Program-made: the position numbers and the translations under genes
Shown: piece after piece, positions 1 through 10,300 of the stretch
Numbering within the stretch: the first letter of the stretch is position 1
Layout of the letters: the number at the start of each line of letters is the position of its first letter
From: an uncultured virus (IMG/VR IMGVR_UViG_3300039136_000054)
Taxonomy: Duplodnaviria > Heunggongvirae > Uroviricota > Caudoviricetes
Virus record (IMG/VR): IMGVR_UViG_3300039136_000054
DNA: 64,000 nt
Reading direction: 5' to 3' (one strand)
Notes under the pieces: generated by a model
Databases searched by the model: none
What the model was told of the DNA's origin: nothing
Seen by the model: the letters and a program-made list of their open reading frames with translations, nothing else

Positions 1-38
1 CTAGTGAATCGTTGACTGATTGTGATAATGCCATGTTA

Positions 39-548
39 TTAAATCCAACTCGGTTTTCTGTCTGGCATACGTAGATAGTTATCACGCACCCATGGTTTGG
101 ATGCAATATACCATTTGTATGCTGTAAATGTATCTATACTAGTATCGTGCTTGAATCTATCAGGCATTGCTCTCACAAATGGTGTGACGCTAGCAATACT
201 GCCCTGTGGGAACATAAAGTATGCACTAGTCAGTGTATTATAGCATGAATGTTGTTTGTTGTATCGTAATGAATACTCACCACACAGTTCAATGCCCCAC
301 TGTATCAACCACCATGAGTTGTGGATAGACTCTGCTGCCCACACTGTGCATGGATGATTACGAAATGCGCCTTTCTTTGTGGCATACGGTGTACCATCCT
401 TTCGTGGTAGTTCACCATAACCATGATACCAGGATGATGCCACGATAGAGAGCATTTGACAGCACTCTAGTGGCATCTTGACAATATGTTTGTCAGGTAG
501 ACAAGTAGCACATTTAGATGGATGCTTGTCTGTCACGAAGATGTTCAT
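39..548 (-). CDS. denV: Pyrimidine-dimer DNA glycosylase / endonuclease V-like protein
   Basis: N-terminal MNIF...DKHIVKMPLECCQML and NHPCTVWA motifs typical of this family. Confidence 0.75.
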   Translation of the reverse strand: MNIFVTDKHPSKCATCLPDKHIVKMPLECCQMLSIVASSWYHGYGELPRKDGTPYATKKGAFRNHPCTVWAAESIHNSWWLIQWGIELCGEYSLRYNKQHSCYNTLTSAYFMFPQGSIASVTPFVRAMPDRFKHDTSIDTFTAYKWYIASKPWVRDNYLRMPDRKPSWI

Positions 549-1219
549 CGTACATTACTTGGAAGTAATACACCATCTATAGCAAGATTGAAACTGAACG
601 TCAACCTCATTTTGTTACGATTTTCTATACCTACCTTGATACCATGCGTAAGATGTGGTGGGAACAAGAAAATCATGCCATCTTGCATTGCTGATACCCA
701 CGCATCATTATAGTATTCAGCTAGTTTACTGTTAGCATAATCAAATGTCTGTTGTAGACGCAATGCAGGATTCTTTTGCTGAAATACTAGTTGTCCATCA
801 AAACAGTTCTTGGCAAAGTATATGCCACACCAGTATGGGTTGTGGTTATCAGGTGCCAAGTGATCATGTGGTTCTTGAGCATCACCCTCATAGTATGCAT
901 TATACCAGAAGGCACTGTATCTAATCTCATGGGGCATGTTATAACATTGGAACACCTTCTGTAGATGATCCAGGATGTCTCCCTTCAACTTATCAGATAA
1001 CTCCTTGTCCACATAAGGATCATCATCTTCAATGTCTGGAAATGATGTGTTGAGTGGTGTAAACCATTCTTCTGGTTTTCTATTAACTCTCTCAAATGAT
1101 TCCCACTTGTAGTTCTTATGTTTTGGGAATGGCGTGACAATAGTAGGTGTGGCGAATAGTCCTAGAGTTTCAACTTCTAACACCTCACTCGTCACTGAAT
1201 TAGTAAATCTATCCATCAT
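545..1219 (-). CDS. 2OG-Fe(II) oxygenase (TIGR02466-like)
   Basis: WYNAY...EPHDH...CGIYF...LFPPHLTHGI...RLTFSFN double-stranded beta-helix motifs. Confidence 0.8.
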   Translation of the reverse strand: MMDRFTNSVTSEVLEVETLGLFATPTIVTPFPKHKNYKWESFERVNRKPEEWFTPLNTSFPDIEDDDPYVDKELSDKLKGDILDHLQKVFQCYNMPHEIRYSAFWYNAYYEGDAQEPHDHLAPDNHNPYWCGIYFAKNCFDGQLVFQQKNPALRLQQTFDYANSKLAEYYNDAWVSAMQDGMIFLFPPHLTHGIKVGIENRNKMRLTFSFNLAIDGVLLPSNVR

Positions 1220-1503
1220 AACTTACCACCAACAATAGCAGAACCAACTACTCTAGAGTATTGTTCAAGTGTACCATCTTGCTCACACTTGAGGTGCCAA
1301 TGTGTCATCATGATGACACCATCTCTAGTACCACCAGTGAGCATCTTACGTCCCTGTTTAGTCATCGTAGAGAATAGACCAAACCTAGTCTTCCAAATGT
1401 AGAATACATCATCAATTAGTTCTGCATGATCAGGAAGTCCTTGCTCCTTGCATACTGCAAGGTTATTCTTTTCCTTTTCAGTCAGTTGCTCGCCATTGTC
1501 CAT
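1216..1503 (-). CDS. Hypothetical protein
   Basis: 95-aa ORF in a tightly packed, overlapping minus-strand gene run. Confidence 0.6.
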   Translation of the reverse strand: MDNGEQLTEKEKNNLAVCKEQGLPDHAELIDDVFYIWKTRFGLFSTMTKQGRKMLTGGTRDGVIMMTHWHLKCEQDGTLEQYSRVVGSAIVGGKL

Positions 1504-1690
1504 AACTAGTTGTTCTCCTTGTTGCTTGAAATTCTTCTACTAATTCTAGAATGTGTTGTGAAATTTGTGACGCTGCATCTTCATCCCAGTCACTGTCATC
1601 GAGAGTTCTACCCATGTTGAACACTTCATACAGTTTGATGTTGATGGAGTCAATTAACATATCATGCTTTGTCATTCCGATGCTCTCCAT
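1478..1690 (-). CDS. Hypothetical protein
   Basis: 70-aa ORF (start may be the second Met) packed between neighbours. Confidence 0.55.
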   Translation of the reverse strand: MESIGMTKHDMLIDSINIKLYEVFNMGRTLDDSDWDEDAASQISQHILELVEEFQATRRTTSYGQWRATD

Positions 1691-2136
1691 TGTTTTCTTA
1701 AACTTTGGTATATAGCATCGCTTGTAACCTTTTCTCGCATTTGTTTAAAAATAGCAGCACTTTTGGCTTTGGTAGAGGTTCGCCAATCTTTCTCCTGGGG
1801 TCTAACTTTACCAGATGTTTTATCGTACTTCCGTCCACTGGAGTGATTTGCATAGCGACGTGCTCTCGTAAAACCCATCTCCAGGAACTTCCTTGCCATG
1901 TCCATACCAATGAAGTCTCCTTGGGTCTTAAATCCAAGGTACATTTGGTATATCTTATCAGCAGATTTGCGAGCAGTAGTTTCATCTACAAAGCGCCAGT
2001 GAGCGCAAATGTCGTTAGTGTAAGGGCGTACCAATAGCACTCCTTGCTCTCCCCTTCCAATACGATAAAGTTTGCGAGTCTCTGGATCTGTGAAGTCAAG
2101 TTGTTTGTAATCCAGTCCATAGTCAAACTCTTTCAT
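1672..2136 (-). CDS. DUF4385 family protein
   Basis: YRIGRGEQGVLLVRPY...HWRF and GMDMARKFLEMGFTRARRYANH motifs. Confidence 0.8.
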   Translation of the reverse strand: MKEFDYGLDYKQLDFTDPETRKLYRIGRGEQGVLLVRPYTNDICAHWRFVDETTARKSADKIYQMYLGFKTQGDFIGMDMARKFLEMGFTRARRYANHSSGRKYDKTSGKVRPQEKDWRTSTKAKSAAIFKQMREKVTSDAIYQSLRKQWRASE

Positions 2137-2321
2137 GTGAAATTAGTGAGTGAGTGATATACTGCCTCAATATGCATGTTGCCTTTGAAATAACCAGCAA
2201 CAATGATACTGATGCCAAACAAAAAACATGCCACTAGACTTAAGACTAGTGGCACGGTGGGATTCTGTGGTTCAGAGCTCAAAGTTTCGCCTCTCGTCAA
2301 GGTATCTAATGATGTCACCAC
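2133..2321 (-). CDS. Small membrane protein (start uncertain)
   Basis: Single hydrophobic segment VPLVLSLVACFLFGISIIVAGYF; stop overlaps next start (ATGA). Confidence 0.5.
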   Translation of the reverse strand: MVTSLDTLTRGETLSSEPQNPTVPLVLSLVACFLFGISIIVAGYFKGNMHIEAVYHSLTNFT

Positions 2322-2451
2322 GCCATTCCATCAACTCATGATAGCACAGTTGCTCATGTGCTGCCTGACGAAGTTCATGGTCTGGTTTCAGAACAGATTC
2401 ATAAAACAAATTGAAAGCATCAAGTCGTTTTTGTCGTTTAAGATCGTCCAT
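2272..2451 (-). CDS. Hypothetical 59-aa protein (not in ORF track)
   Basis: Manual translation MDDLKRQKRLDAFNLFYESVLKPDHELRQAAHEQLCYHELMEWRGDIIRYLDERRNFEL; fills the gap in the gene run. Confidence 0.6.
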   Translation of the reverse strand: MDDLKRQKRLDAFNLFYESVLKPDHELRQAAHEQLCYHELMEWRGDIIRYLDERRNFEL

Positions 2452-2477
2452 AATTGTAATGTCAGTGTTTGTATATA

Positions 2478-2720
2478 TTACTCGTCGAACACCTTACACA
2501 TGGGTGAACCAGGGTGATCATCACAGAACTTATCCAAAATCTTGTCTTTGTGACGTTCTTGTGGATCAGCGATCTTACCTTCAGTCTTTGGATCCCACTC
2601 ATCAGGTGAGTGTGTTTCGTTAGCGTGGAAGTCTACCTTGTATTCATTCCACTTATCGTTGGGATCGTACAGTGGATCTTGTGGGTCGCGTTGTCGTGGT
2701 TCGGATTGTGACATTAGCAT
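2478..2720 (-). CDS. CP12-like protein (C-terminal Cys pair only)
   Basis: Acidic protein ending FCDDHPGSPMCKVFDE, matching the CP12 C-terminal C-x8-C-xVYDD motif. Confidence 0.65.
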   Translation of the reverse strand: MLMSQSEPRQRDPQDPLYDPNDKWNEYKVDFHANETHSPDEWDPKTEGKIADPQERHKDKILDKFCDDHPGSPMCKVFDE

Positions 2721-2893
2721 TGCTCCTTTTTGAACAGTTTACGGCACTTCTTAACTTCTTTGAGTTCGTCTTTGATCATCTGATATGCATCTTCAGGAGA
2801 GATTCTCCTTGACATTTCCATAGCAGTGATGACTTCAACTCTAGTCCCAAAGTGTTTAAGTGCCTCCTCAAAACAATTTAGCTCTTCGTACAT
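2714..2893 (-). CDS. Hypothetical 59-aa protein (not in ORF track)
   Basis: Manual translation MYEELNCFEEALKHFGTRVEVITAMEMSRRISPEDAYQMIKDELKEVKKCRKLFKKEQC. Confidence 0.65.
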   Translation of the reverse strand: MYEELNCFEEALKHFGTRVEVITAMEMSRRISPEDAYQMIKDELKEVKKCRKLFKKEQC

Positions 2894-3174
2894 GCTGCCT
2901 CCTTGAGACGTTGTTTTTCTGCCTTTGCTTCTGCTGCCTTACGCTTTCGTGCCTGTTCAACTACACTGAAGTCAAGACTGCCAGGATAGACAGCATTGTA
3001 AGCGTCACAGACGTTCTTGAGAGAGTCTTCACGCTTTTTAGACTGTAGACCACGCGCACGGAGTTCCTGGCGGGTAGGAATGGCACCGTGAGGGCGTTGA
3101 GCAGCGAAGAACGGGGCGAGAGCAGCAGCATCCTTGACAGACAGGGTGCTGCGATCGGGCAGAGAACCTTGCAT
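2878..3174 (-). CDS. Hypothetical basic early protein
   Basis: 98-aa ORF directly downstream of a sigma70-type promoter. Confidence 0.6.
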   Translation of the reverse strand: MQGSLPDRSTLSVKDAAALAPFFAAQRPHGAIPTRQELRARGLQSKKREDSLKNVCDAYNAVYPGSLDFSVVEQARKRKAAEAKAEKQRLKEAACTKS

Positions 3175-3200
3175 GATGTAGTGGGGTGATCAACTGACTA

Positions 3201-3229
3201 ATCATACAGCAGTTGACCATGGTTGTCAA
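3201..3229 (-). promoter_or_regulatory. Sigma70-type early promoter
   Basis: TTGACA-N17-TATGAT on minus strand. Confidence 0.75.
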
Positions 3230-4227
3230 GGGATCAGGGTCTCTACCTCATCGAACTGATAGTGTGTTGTCCTAAACAATAGAATATCTACCAATTCATT
3301 ATTCTCAAACACAAACTCAAAGTCAAGTCTGAAGTTCTGGAATCCTTTTCTATCTCTTCCATCCTCATATACTCTTTGACGAACGTCAGGGAATACACTA
3401 TAGATGTATTGTCCTTGCTCTTCTGTCAAGAAGTTACCCACTGCAGATGATAAACCATACAGATGTTTTCTACAGACTTGTTCTGTTGTTAACTCAATCT
3501 TTTGTGAATTGATTTCAGGTGTTATCTTTGATCTACCCTCTTTGGCACTAGACTTTCTCTCTTTCCAAAATGCTTCAGGATACTTACAATTCAACCTGAC
3601 TGATTCTTTACCATCAATATGGAAGATCTTTTCTGGTTTGAGATATACAGGACTTCTATTGCAATGTGCAACGAGTCTATCCATCAGGTCATTACCAGTG
3701 GGGTTAAACGATTTAGACCACTGTTGTGACTGCCCTATCTTGATAGCAGTGGGTATACCAGAACTATCATGTAAGTATCCATAAAAGTGTGATCCATGAT
3801 GACAGGTTTTATTTGCCAGTGGATTAACATGATGTGTTAGTAGAGCCTCCACTGCTTTGTCATACACAGCACTCAAGTGAGAAGTATTTGTCTGGTTGAT
3901 TAAATTCTTGAAGTTGCCTCCTTGCACATACAAATCATTGAAAGATAGATCTACAACAGTTTCGTAAGACAAGTGCTGATCACCATTGTGATTCACCACA
4001 AGATGTTTTTGTTCATTCTTAATAGCAGGACATACACCACCACCAAGCATATATTCAAAAACAAATATCTCATTCAACTGGTTACGAATATTATGTTCTA
4101 GTGCAGGTTGATACTTCACATCTTTCAACGATGTGTACAACCATGGCATCGATGAACTAGTGTATAGATGCTCCTGCCTCAATACACTGTATACTTCGTT
4201 AACTGTGTAGATATCGGAGAAGATCAT
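3226..4227 (-). CDS. Hypothetical protein
   Basis: 333-aa ORF; start overlaps upstream stop; no family recognised. Confidence 0.7.
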   Translation of the reverse strand: MIFSDIYTVNEVYSVLRQEHLYTSSSMPWLYTSLKDVKYQPALEHNIRNQLNEIFVFEYMLGGGVCPAIKNEQKHLVVNHNGDQHLSYETVVDLSFNDLYVQGGNFKNLINQTNTSHLSAVYDKAVEALLTHHVNPLANKTCHHGSHFYGYLHDSSGIPTAIKIGQSQQWSKSFNPTGNDLMDRLVAHCNRSPVYLKPEKIFHIDGKESVRLNCKYPEAFWKERKSSAKEGRSKITPEINSQKIELTTEQVCRKHLYGLSSAVGNFLTEEQGQYIYSVFPDVRQRVYEDGRDRKGFQNFRLDFEFVFENNELVDILLFRTTHYQFDEVETLIP

Positions 4228-4577
4228 TCGTTCGATGCGATAAGTTGTCCTTCGTCATTATATAATGCGTAGAAGATATAGAGTTCTGGATTAGCAACAG
4301 ACGCTTGATTCTCTGGGAAGTTATCTTCAAAGTATTCCATGACACCTTGGTCTAGTCGCTCCAGTTCTACAACCACATACTCTGACTGTTTCATGTCAGC
4401 GATGAGATCTGTCTCTAGCATTGATGTGTATCTAGCGATAGATGTATTGATAGCATCAACATCAGTGCTATTGTTCCACCCAGTCACTCTAATGAACGCC
4501 AATGGTTTGCCTGCCGCTAGTGCATAGCGTCCAAGAATCTCTTGTAGATTGTAGATCTGATAGTTTTGGTTAATCAT
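4224..4577 (-). CDS. Hypothetical protein
   Basis: 117-aa ORF overlapping both neighbours. Confidence 0.7.
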   Translation of the reverse strand: MINQNYQIYNLQEILGRYALAAGKPLAFIRVTGWNNSTDVDAINTSIARYTSMLETDLIADMKQSEYVVVELERLDQGVMEYFEDNFPENQASVANPELYIFYALYNDEGQLIASNE

Positions 4578-5106
4578 CGATAAACAGTTTCCAGGCGATG
4601 GTGACTCTTAATCCTTTGAAGGTTCTAGTACACGGTGCAGCACAGTGTGGTACTTGACCAGGGAACAATACTGCTTTATTAGCTTTAGGGAAGATACTAT
4701 GTGCTTCACCGTCATTGATGTAGAAGTTTGTTGCCCCACCTAGCATTGGATGCCATTTAGGATTTACATATAACAGTAGTGTTCTTCCGTTATCAGTCTG
4801 TGCATCAACGTGAATTGACCCATCTTGACCGTAAGTATGCCCATTGGCATACACATGCTGTAGTTTAAATCGTGTCTCTAGTTTCTCCTGTATCTTATTT
4901 AGAAGGTGATCTTTAAAGAATGTATCTGTAGCAAAATCAATCTTCCAGAATGGTGTGCAATATTGATGCTCTGGATGATCTCTTCCATATGATGTGTGAC
5001 CAAAGTTCCACGCAGATCCATATCCAGTCTTATTCTGAATCTCTTGAAAATCTTCTTTATCAAAGAAGTTATCATATTGTACAATGTCGTCAGTGGTGTA
5101 TGTCAT
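4570..5106 (-). CDS. 2OG-Fe(II) oxygenase (prolyl-hydroxylase-like)
   Basis: HVD...LLYVNPKW...GGAT...LFPGQVPH...RVTIAW. Confidence 0.85.
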   Translation of the reverse strand: MTYTTDDIVQYDNFFDKEDFQEIQNKTGYGSAWNFGHTSYGRDHPEHQYCTPFWKIDFATDTFFKDHLLNKIQEKLETRFKLQHVYANGHTYGQDGSIHVDAQTDNGRTLLLYVNPKWHPMLGGATNFYINDGEAHSIFPKANKAVLFPGQVPHCAAPCTRTFKGLRVTIAWKLFIDD

Positions 5107-5750
5107 GGTCTATCAACACATTCTCTAATAAAATTCATTCTCACCTGCTCCAGTTGCTCCAGCTGGTCATGACTGATGTCATCCGCAACATTATTGATTG
5201 CAAATTTAAGGTCAATTAGATTCTGTCTCATGGTAGATTCGGTGACATAACTCTCTGCCCACGCAATAGCAACCTTTCTATCACCTGCAGTGACTTCATT
5301 GACTTTATGCCACAGACCAGTATTGTATAAAACCATTGATCCTTTCGGTGGCTTTATTTCTTTTTCAACATTACCAACACGAAGAACTAACTCTCCACCC
5401 TCATATTCATCAGGGTCATTGAGAAATATAGTCATACTATAGTGTGGTGCAATACCAGAGATGGGAAATGCATCCAAGTGCCAATCATAGAACCCACCAG
5501 TCTTATACCAGACAAAGTATGGTTGTCCAGCTCTCCTGATTAGGTGATCTGATGTTGCTTTTTGTATTGGACCATAGAGATAGTCAACACATTTCCTATA
5601 ATCTGGATCATCATAATCAAGTACACTCGACTTCTTTACACCCACTCGGGGGTTGCTGTCACTACCACAGTGGAATCTATTCTCTTGGTATACAGAGAGT
5701 ATATTGTCACACTGGACAGTGGTTAGAACATCATTCAGTTGCCAAATCAT
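5103..5750 (-). CDS. 2OG-Fe(II) oxygenase (PKHD/PiuC-type)
   Basis: YDWHLD...SMTIFLNDPDEYEGGEL...HKVNEVTAGDRKVAIAW. Confidence 0.85.
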   Translation of the reverse strand: MIWQLNDVLTTVQCDNILSVYQENRFHCGSDSNPRVGVKKSSVLDYDDPDYRKCVDYLYGPIQKATSDHLIRRAGQPYFVWYKTGGFYDWHLDAFPISGIAPHYSMTIFLNDPDEYEGGELVLRVGNVEKEIKPPKGSMVLYNTGLWHKVNEVTAGDRKVAIAWAESYVTESTMRQNLIDLKFAINNVADDISHDQLEQLEQVRMNFIRECVDRP

Positions 5751-6681
5751 TTATATCTGCCTCATCGTAAAATTCAGAGTAGTCAATACCATTTTCAACG
5801 AAATCCTCAACACGCATCAGTTTCATTAAATCCTGAACTGCTGATGCTACGTTTCTGTTTGCATTACCCGATCTATCTCTCCATTCAATGACACTAGCCA
5901 TTCTATCACCAACATAGTCTTTAGATGCGTCAATGTCTCTCTTTGTCCACTGATCATCTGTTCCGAGATATTCTACAGGATTGCCATCTTTATCCACACC
6001 ATCTGGAAATGCTTGTCTAAAGATTGATGGATCGATTGGCCACTTCAAATGATGAAGTGCTTTGAAGAAATCAAGACTATCTTCATATGTAGCATTGAAC
6101 ACTTCCATTTCTCGAAGTGTTTTTCTCCACTTCTTCCACATCTCTTTCTCACCTTCGTAAGAATCTTCAATGTCAGGAAGTACGCGCCAGTCAGAACCCT
6201 TCAGCATTGCTTTTCTTTCTTCCAGCCTCTTATTCATCTTGGCATCGTAAAACAATTTCTCTTCAGAAATTTTAACGATCTTGTCTTGAATCTGTTTCTC
6301 CCTAACAATACGAGAAGCAGAAATTAGATCTATCACTCTCGCTTTTAGTGCCAGAATTTGCTCTGTTGTAGCACCGTTAAAGATGTACTGCACTGCAGTT
6401 GCTGAATCTGTCGCAAAATCGTACTTTAACTTTTTACGTTGGATAATTGCAGTGTCATCACTGTAGAAAATGACATGCTGTAGTTCATCACCTTCCATGT
6501 GAAATGTGTCACCAACAACCTCTGTCTTAAATCTTTCCATAATATCAGGAAGGATTCTGATTGGTTGATTGATGCTTGTACCATTAGGTAAATCAAGGAT
6601 ATGAGTAGCGTCAATCACAACACTGTTCAAGAGATCAATCTCTAAAACACTTCTCCTAATAGTTGTTTCGATATCAGCCAT
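5731..6681 (-). CDS. Phage tail-fibre assembly chaperone-domain protein
   Basis: RKAMLKGSDWRVLPD...WKKWRKTLRE...WP resembles the Phage_tail_APC pattern (R..LL..SDW..LPD...W..YRQ.LRD...WP). Confidence 0.6.
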   Translation of the reverse strand: MADIETTIRRSVLEIDLLNSVVIDATHILDLPNGTSINQPIRILPDIMERFKTEVVGDTFHMEGDELQHVIFYSDDTAIIQRKKLKYDFATDSATAVQYIFNGATTEQILALKARVIDLISASRIVREKQIQDKIVKISEEKLFYDAKMNKRLEERKAMLKGSDWRVLPDIEDSYEGEKEMWKKWRKTLREMEVFNATYEDSLDFFKALHHLKWPIDPSIFRQAFPDGVDKDGNPVEYLGTDDQWTKRDIDASKDYVGDRMASVIEWRDRSGNANRNVASAVQDLMKLMRVEDFVENGIDYSEFYDEADINDLATE

Positions 6682-7357
6682 GGGTTTTCATATACCAACC
6701 TGTTACTATGTATTTATTCTTGTCGCCAAGAAGAAAACCGCCCCTATGAACATGTGTCATGCCAGCGGGGAAAATAACCATCGTGCCTTGAGTAGGTTTG
6801 ATTCTACGTTTCTGATACATAAATTCTGTTTCGCCACCCTCTTCGATGTCATTCAAGTAAATCATCCACACCAATTCACGGGCAGCGCACTCAAACGTAC
6901 CATTCTCATAATGCCATGCATGATATCCACCACCAGGAGGAGTTCTTTGAAACTTGATATCAGTAGACACCATCCTAGTCTTCTTCAGTGTCGAATAATG
7001 CAAACAGTAATGAGAAGCACAAGATTTCAACATCTGATTGACGTTCATAGTGAACTTCGATGATGCATAATTTAGCATGAAAGACTTATCTTCTCTAGTA
7101 TATGAAGATCCGTACATTTCAGAACCCACCATAGGGACTCTATCAGCGTCTGTTGCATCATCATCTAGTTCTAGATCAATGACCGACGACACGTCTTCAT
7201 TTAGAACTCTATCTCCATAATCAATGAGTTGCTCACATAAATTAGCGGGTACGAAGTTTTCCCATACACCAATAAAATCCGTAAAATCAGCCTTGGTGAT
7301 TTTTGGATCCTTCATCAGTTTCAGGGGACGATAAGGAGGGATGCCTTGTTCTGCCAT
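6674..7357 (-). CDS. 2OG-Fe(II) oxygenase
   Basis: GGGYHAWHYE...VWMIYLNDIEEGGETEF...FPAGMTHVHRG...KYIVTGW. Confidence 0.85.
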   Translation of the reverse strand: MAEQGIPPYRPLKLMKDPKITKADFTDFIGVWENFVPANLCEQLIDYGDRVLNEDVSSVIDLELDDDATDADRVPMVGSEMYGSSYTREDKSFMLNYASSKFTMNVNQMLKSCASHYCLHYSTLKKTRMVSTDIKFQRTPPGGGYHAWHYENGTFECAARELVWMIYLNDIEEGGETEFMYQKRRIKPTQGTMVIFPAGMTHVHRGGFLLGDKNKYIVTGWYMKTHG

Positions 7358-7372
7358 TACAATAAAATAATA

Positions 7373-10300
7373 TTAGTATGCTTTAATTATATATTTGACT
7401 TTGTGGAACTCCTCAATGACAGGAACCTGTCTATTGGGTTCCATAGTGACACTAGGAATTGGTTTCTTAATGTTTTGGTTGAGCTCAAATGTACCAGTAT
7501 TTAGTACAAGACCAACAGGTGCTGTATTACCATTGAATTGATTATTGTCAAAGGTAACGTTGAGTGTAGTACCAAAACTACCTAATCCTTCTTTAAAAGA
7601 ACCAGGACCATTCTGGTTGCCATAACTAAAGTCTTGAGTTGGATCTAAAACAGGAGTTAGACCCATCAAGTGGTTGTGAGAAGAGGTTGTAGTATCATTA
7701 TCTTCTAGAATTGCTGGTGGAGTATATGCTTCAACTCTAAATCTTCTTCCTTCAACGTCAATAGCAGCAGAAACAGCGGTTTGACCAGTACGCATCTGAC
7801 CATATACTCCTTCTGGATATCTCTGCATATTGGTGAGTGCAGTATCTAGAGATTCAACGTCACCAGTATCAAGCTGGGAAAAAGGTGATGTCCACCATAC
7901 TTTTGCAGACAATGTACGTGATACTTTTGCTGCAGGCTGTCCTTCTCCAAGAGGTGAAGCTGGCCAAGTGCTAACCCACTCAAGAATTTCTGCCTTGAAG
8001 TTAACTCCTTTATTGGTCAATAAAATTTTATCCCAAACAGTTTTGAAGTCAGTTCTCTGAACTACACGATCTAATTCTCCAATCCATAGGTTATACCAGT
8101 TTTCAGGTTCTTCTCGGAAGAGTTCGTCAGTACCGCCACCACCAATGAAGTCTTCATAAGGACCATCGCCTAGACCAGTTGTTCCAACTGGGGTTCTATT
8201 TTCAAAGGAACCAGGACTAGCCAGAACTTGAGTGTCCCATGGAATCAAACCTGTTGAACCAACATCACTAGTGATGGCACTAACATATAGGTGAGTATGT
8301 ACAGGAACATCAATCAGTTTCTCCTGCAACTGTCCAATCTGTGCAGTTACTGTGCCAGTAACAGCAAACTCAATGTCAGCTTGGATAGGTGCGTTGAACT
8401 GGGTCTTTACTGTACCAAAGTTAAAGAAGTTACTCTCATTACCTGTGTTACCAGTACCAATGATCTGCTCATAAGGATTATCACCAGCAACGTCTACCTT
8501 ATCAATGTACCACCATCCTCCAATGTTACCTGGTTCATTGATATTGTTTGTTGGCAAGAAAGCAGAAGATGCTCTATTTCCATCAACAACACCACAACCA
8601 GTGAGTTTCCTGTTTCTATAATCTGGAACATTGAAGTTAGCACCAGAACCACCATAAGTATATCCGATGACAGCAAATAGATCTCCATAAGAAGCTTTAG
8701 AAAGACTTCTGCCGTCACACTCAATGAAACCAGGATATCTAGAATCCAGGTCACCATCTATTGTACCATAATTTCCGTCTGGTTGCTTAAGAATGGAAAG
8801 AACTGTACCAATAGCAAGACCATCATCCTTCGCATTTCGTAGTTGGAGATCACCATTAGTGTCTTCGTATGTGTAAGAGTTCTTTCTACTATACCACGTT
8901 CCTTTTAATTGTGGAGCTGGTGGAGCAACAGCATATGTTGTAATACTCCAAGTAAATTGATTGCCGCTACCAGTACCAATAGTGATGGTGCTGCTCACAG
9001 TGCTTGCAAGACCACCAGAAGTTAGATAGAACTGGACACTACTGTTGGAGGGTGTAAATGTTCTTGGTCCCGCAACTGGTGTGTCAAAGTCAATAGAAAT
9101 CAGTACATTATTTGTACCTGTGATTGTAATATCTCTGTTGATACCAGAAACACTAACAACAGAACTAACATACTGTCTGTTGGGAGCTTTATTTGTAAGA
9201 CTTGCTGGTGCTGTGAAGTCAGCGTCAGTATCAGGACCAGAGTTTGTAACGATAGACCATGTAGGAACCTGTAGTGTACCAACTTTAATCGTAGTTTGTA
9301 CTGTACCACTGAATGTAGCACTAGATCTGTTATAGATCTGAATCCTATCTCCGTTGCTTACATCTGTAGGGAAGATTCCGACAGAACTCTCACTACCATC
9401 GTCATAGTAAATTTTAACTCTTGGTTCTGTACCATCTGTAGATACTAGTGTTACAGGTACAGATACACCAGCACCCAGTCCAGTGATTCCACCAACTGGT
9501 TTTATATCAGACGCAATCAGTGCATCTTCTTCTGCACTTGGTTCATCTGTAAATACGAATGATTGTGGTGTGGTTGATGGGAAACTACCAGTGGTAACAC
9601 CCCAACTAGATCCAGCAAGAGCATCACCAATGCTTAACAAGTTTGTGGTGGTAGTAGTTGATGTTACTGGTGTAGTTAATACCAACTGTAGATACTCACC
9701 ATTCTGAATGGTTGGATTGGTACTAGAATCAGCAAAAGTAACACCATCTAGAACACTATATCCTAGATCGTTTACAACGAAAGCATTACTAGAAGAGATA
9801 CCAATTCGAGCACCATTATCAGTGTTGACCACTGCCTGTGCATTTAGACCAGTGACTCTTAAGATCTCACTATAAACATCCACATCAACTGGCGCACCAG
9901 TAATCTCATTAAAATCAGGGAATGGTTCTGGAATGTTGGGTGGTTGAATTGCCGATGTGATCGTCCATCTCTCTGTTCTAGCACCAATAGTCAGGTCAGC
10001 AGTTCTAGTTAGACCACCAGTATCATTAGACTTGAGTCTTAACTGAAGTCTGTCACCATTTTGTACAAAGACATTACTACTTGGAATAACCCAGTTACCA
10101 AAATCTGCTTCACCTTGGTGTACTAACTGAATACGAACAGAATAGTCATCAATATTAGTTCCAAGATAAGATGATACTAGAGAAACACTAGCAGATGATC
10201 CAGGTGTTAGTCCAGCAACCTCAACAACATCTTCTTGTGCTCTAGTACCATCACCATAGACGTACATAACGTCTGGTGTTGCATCATCTAGTGGTGTAAA

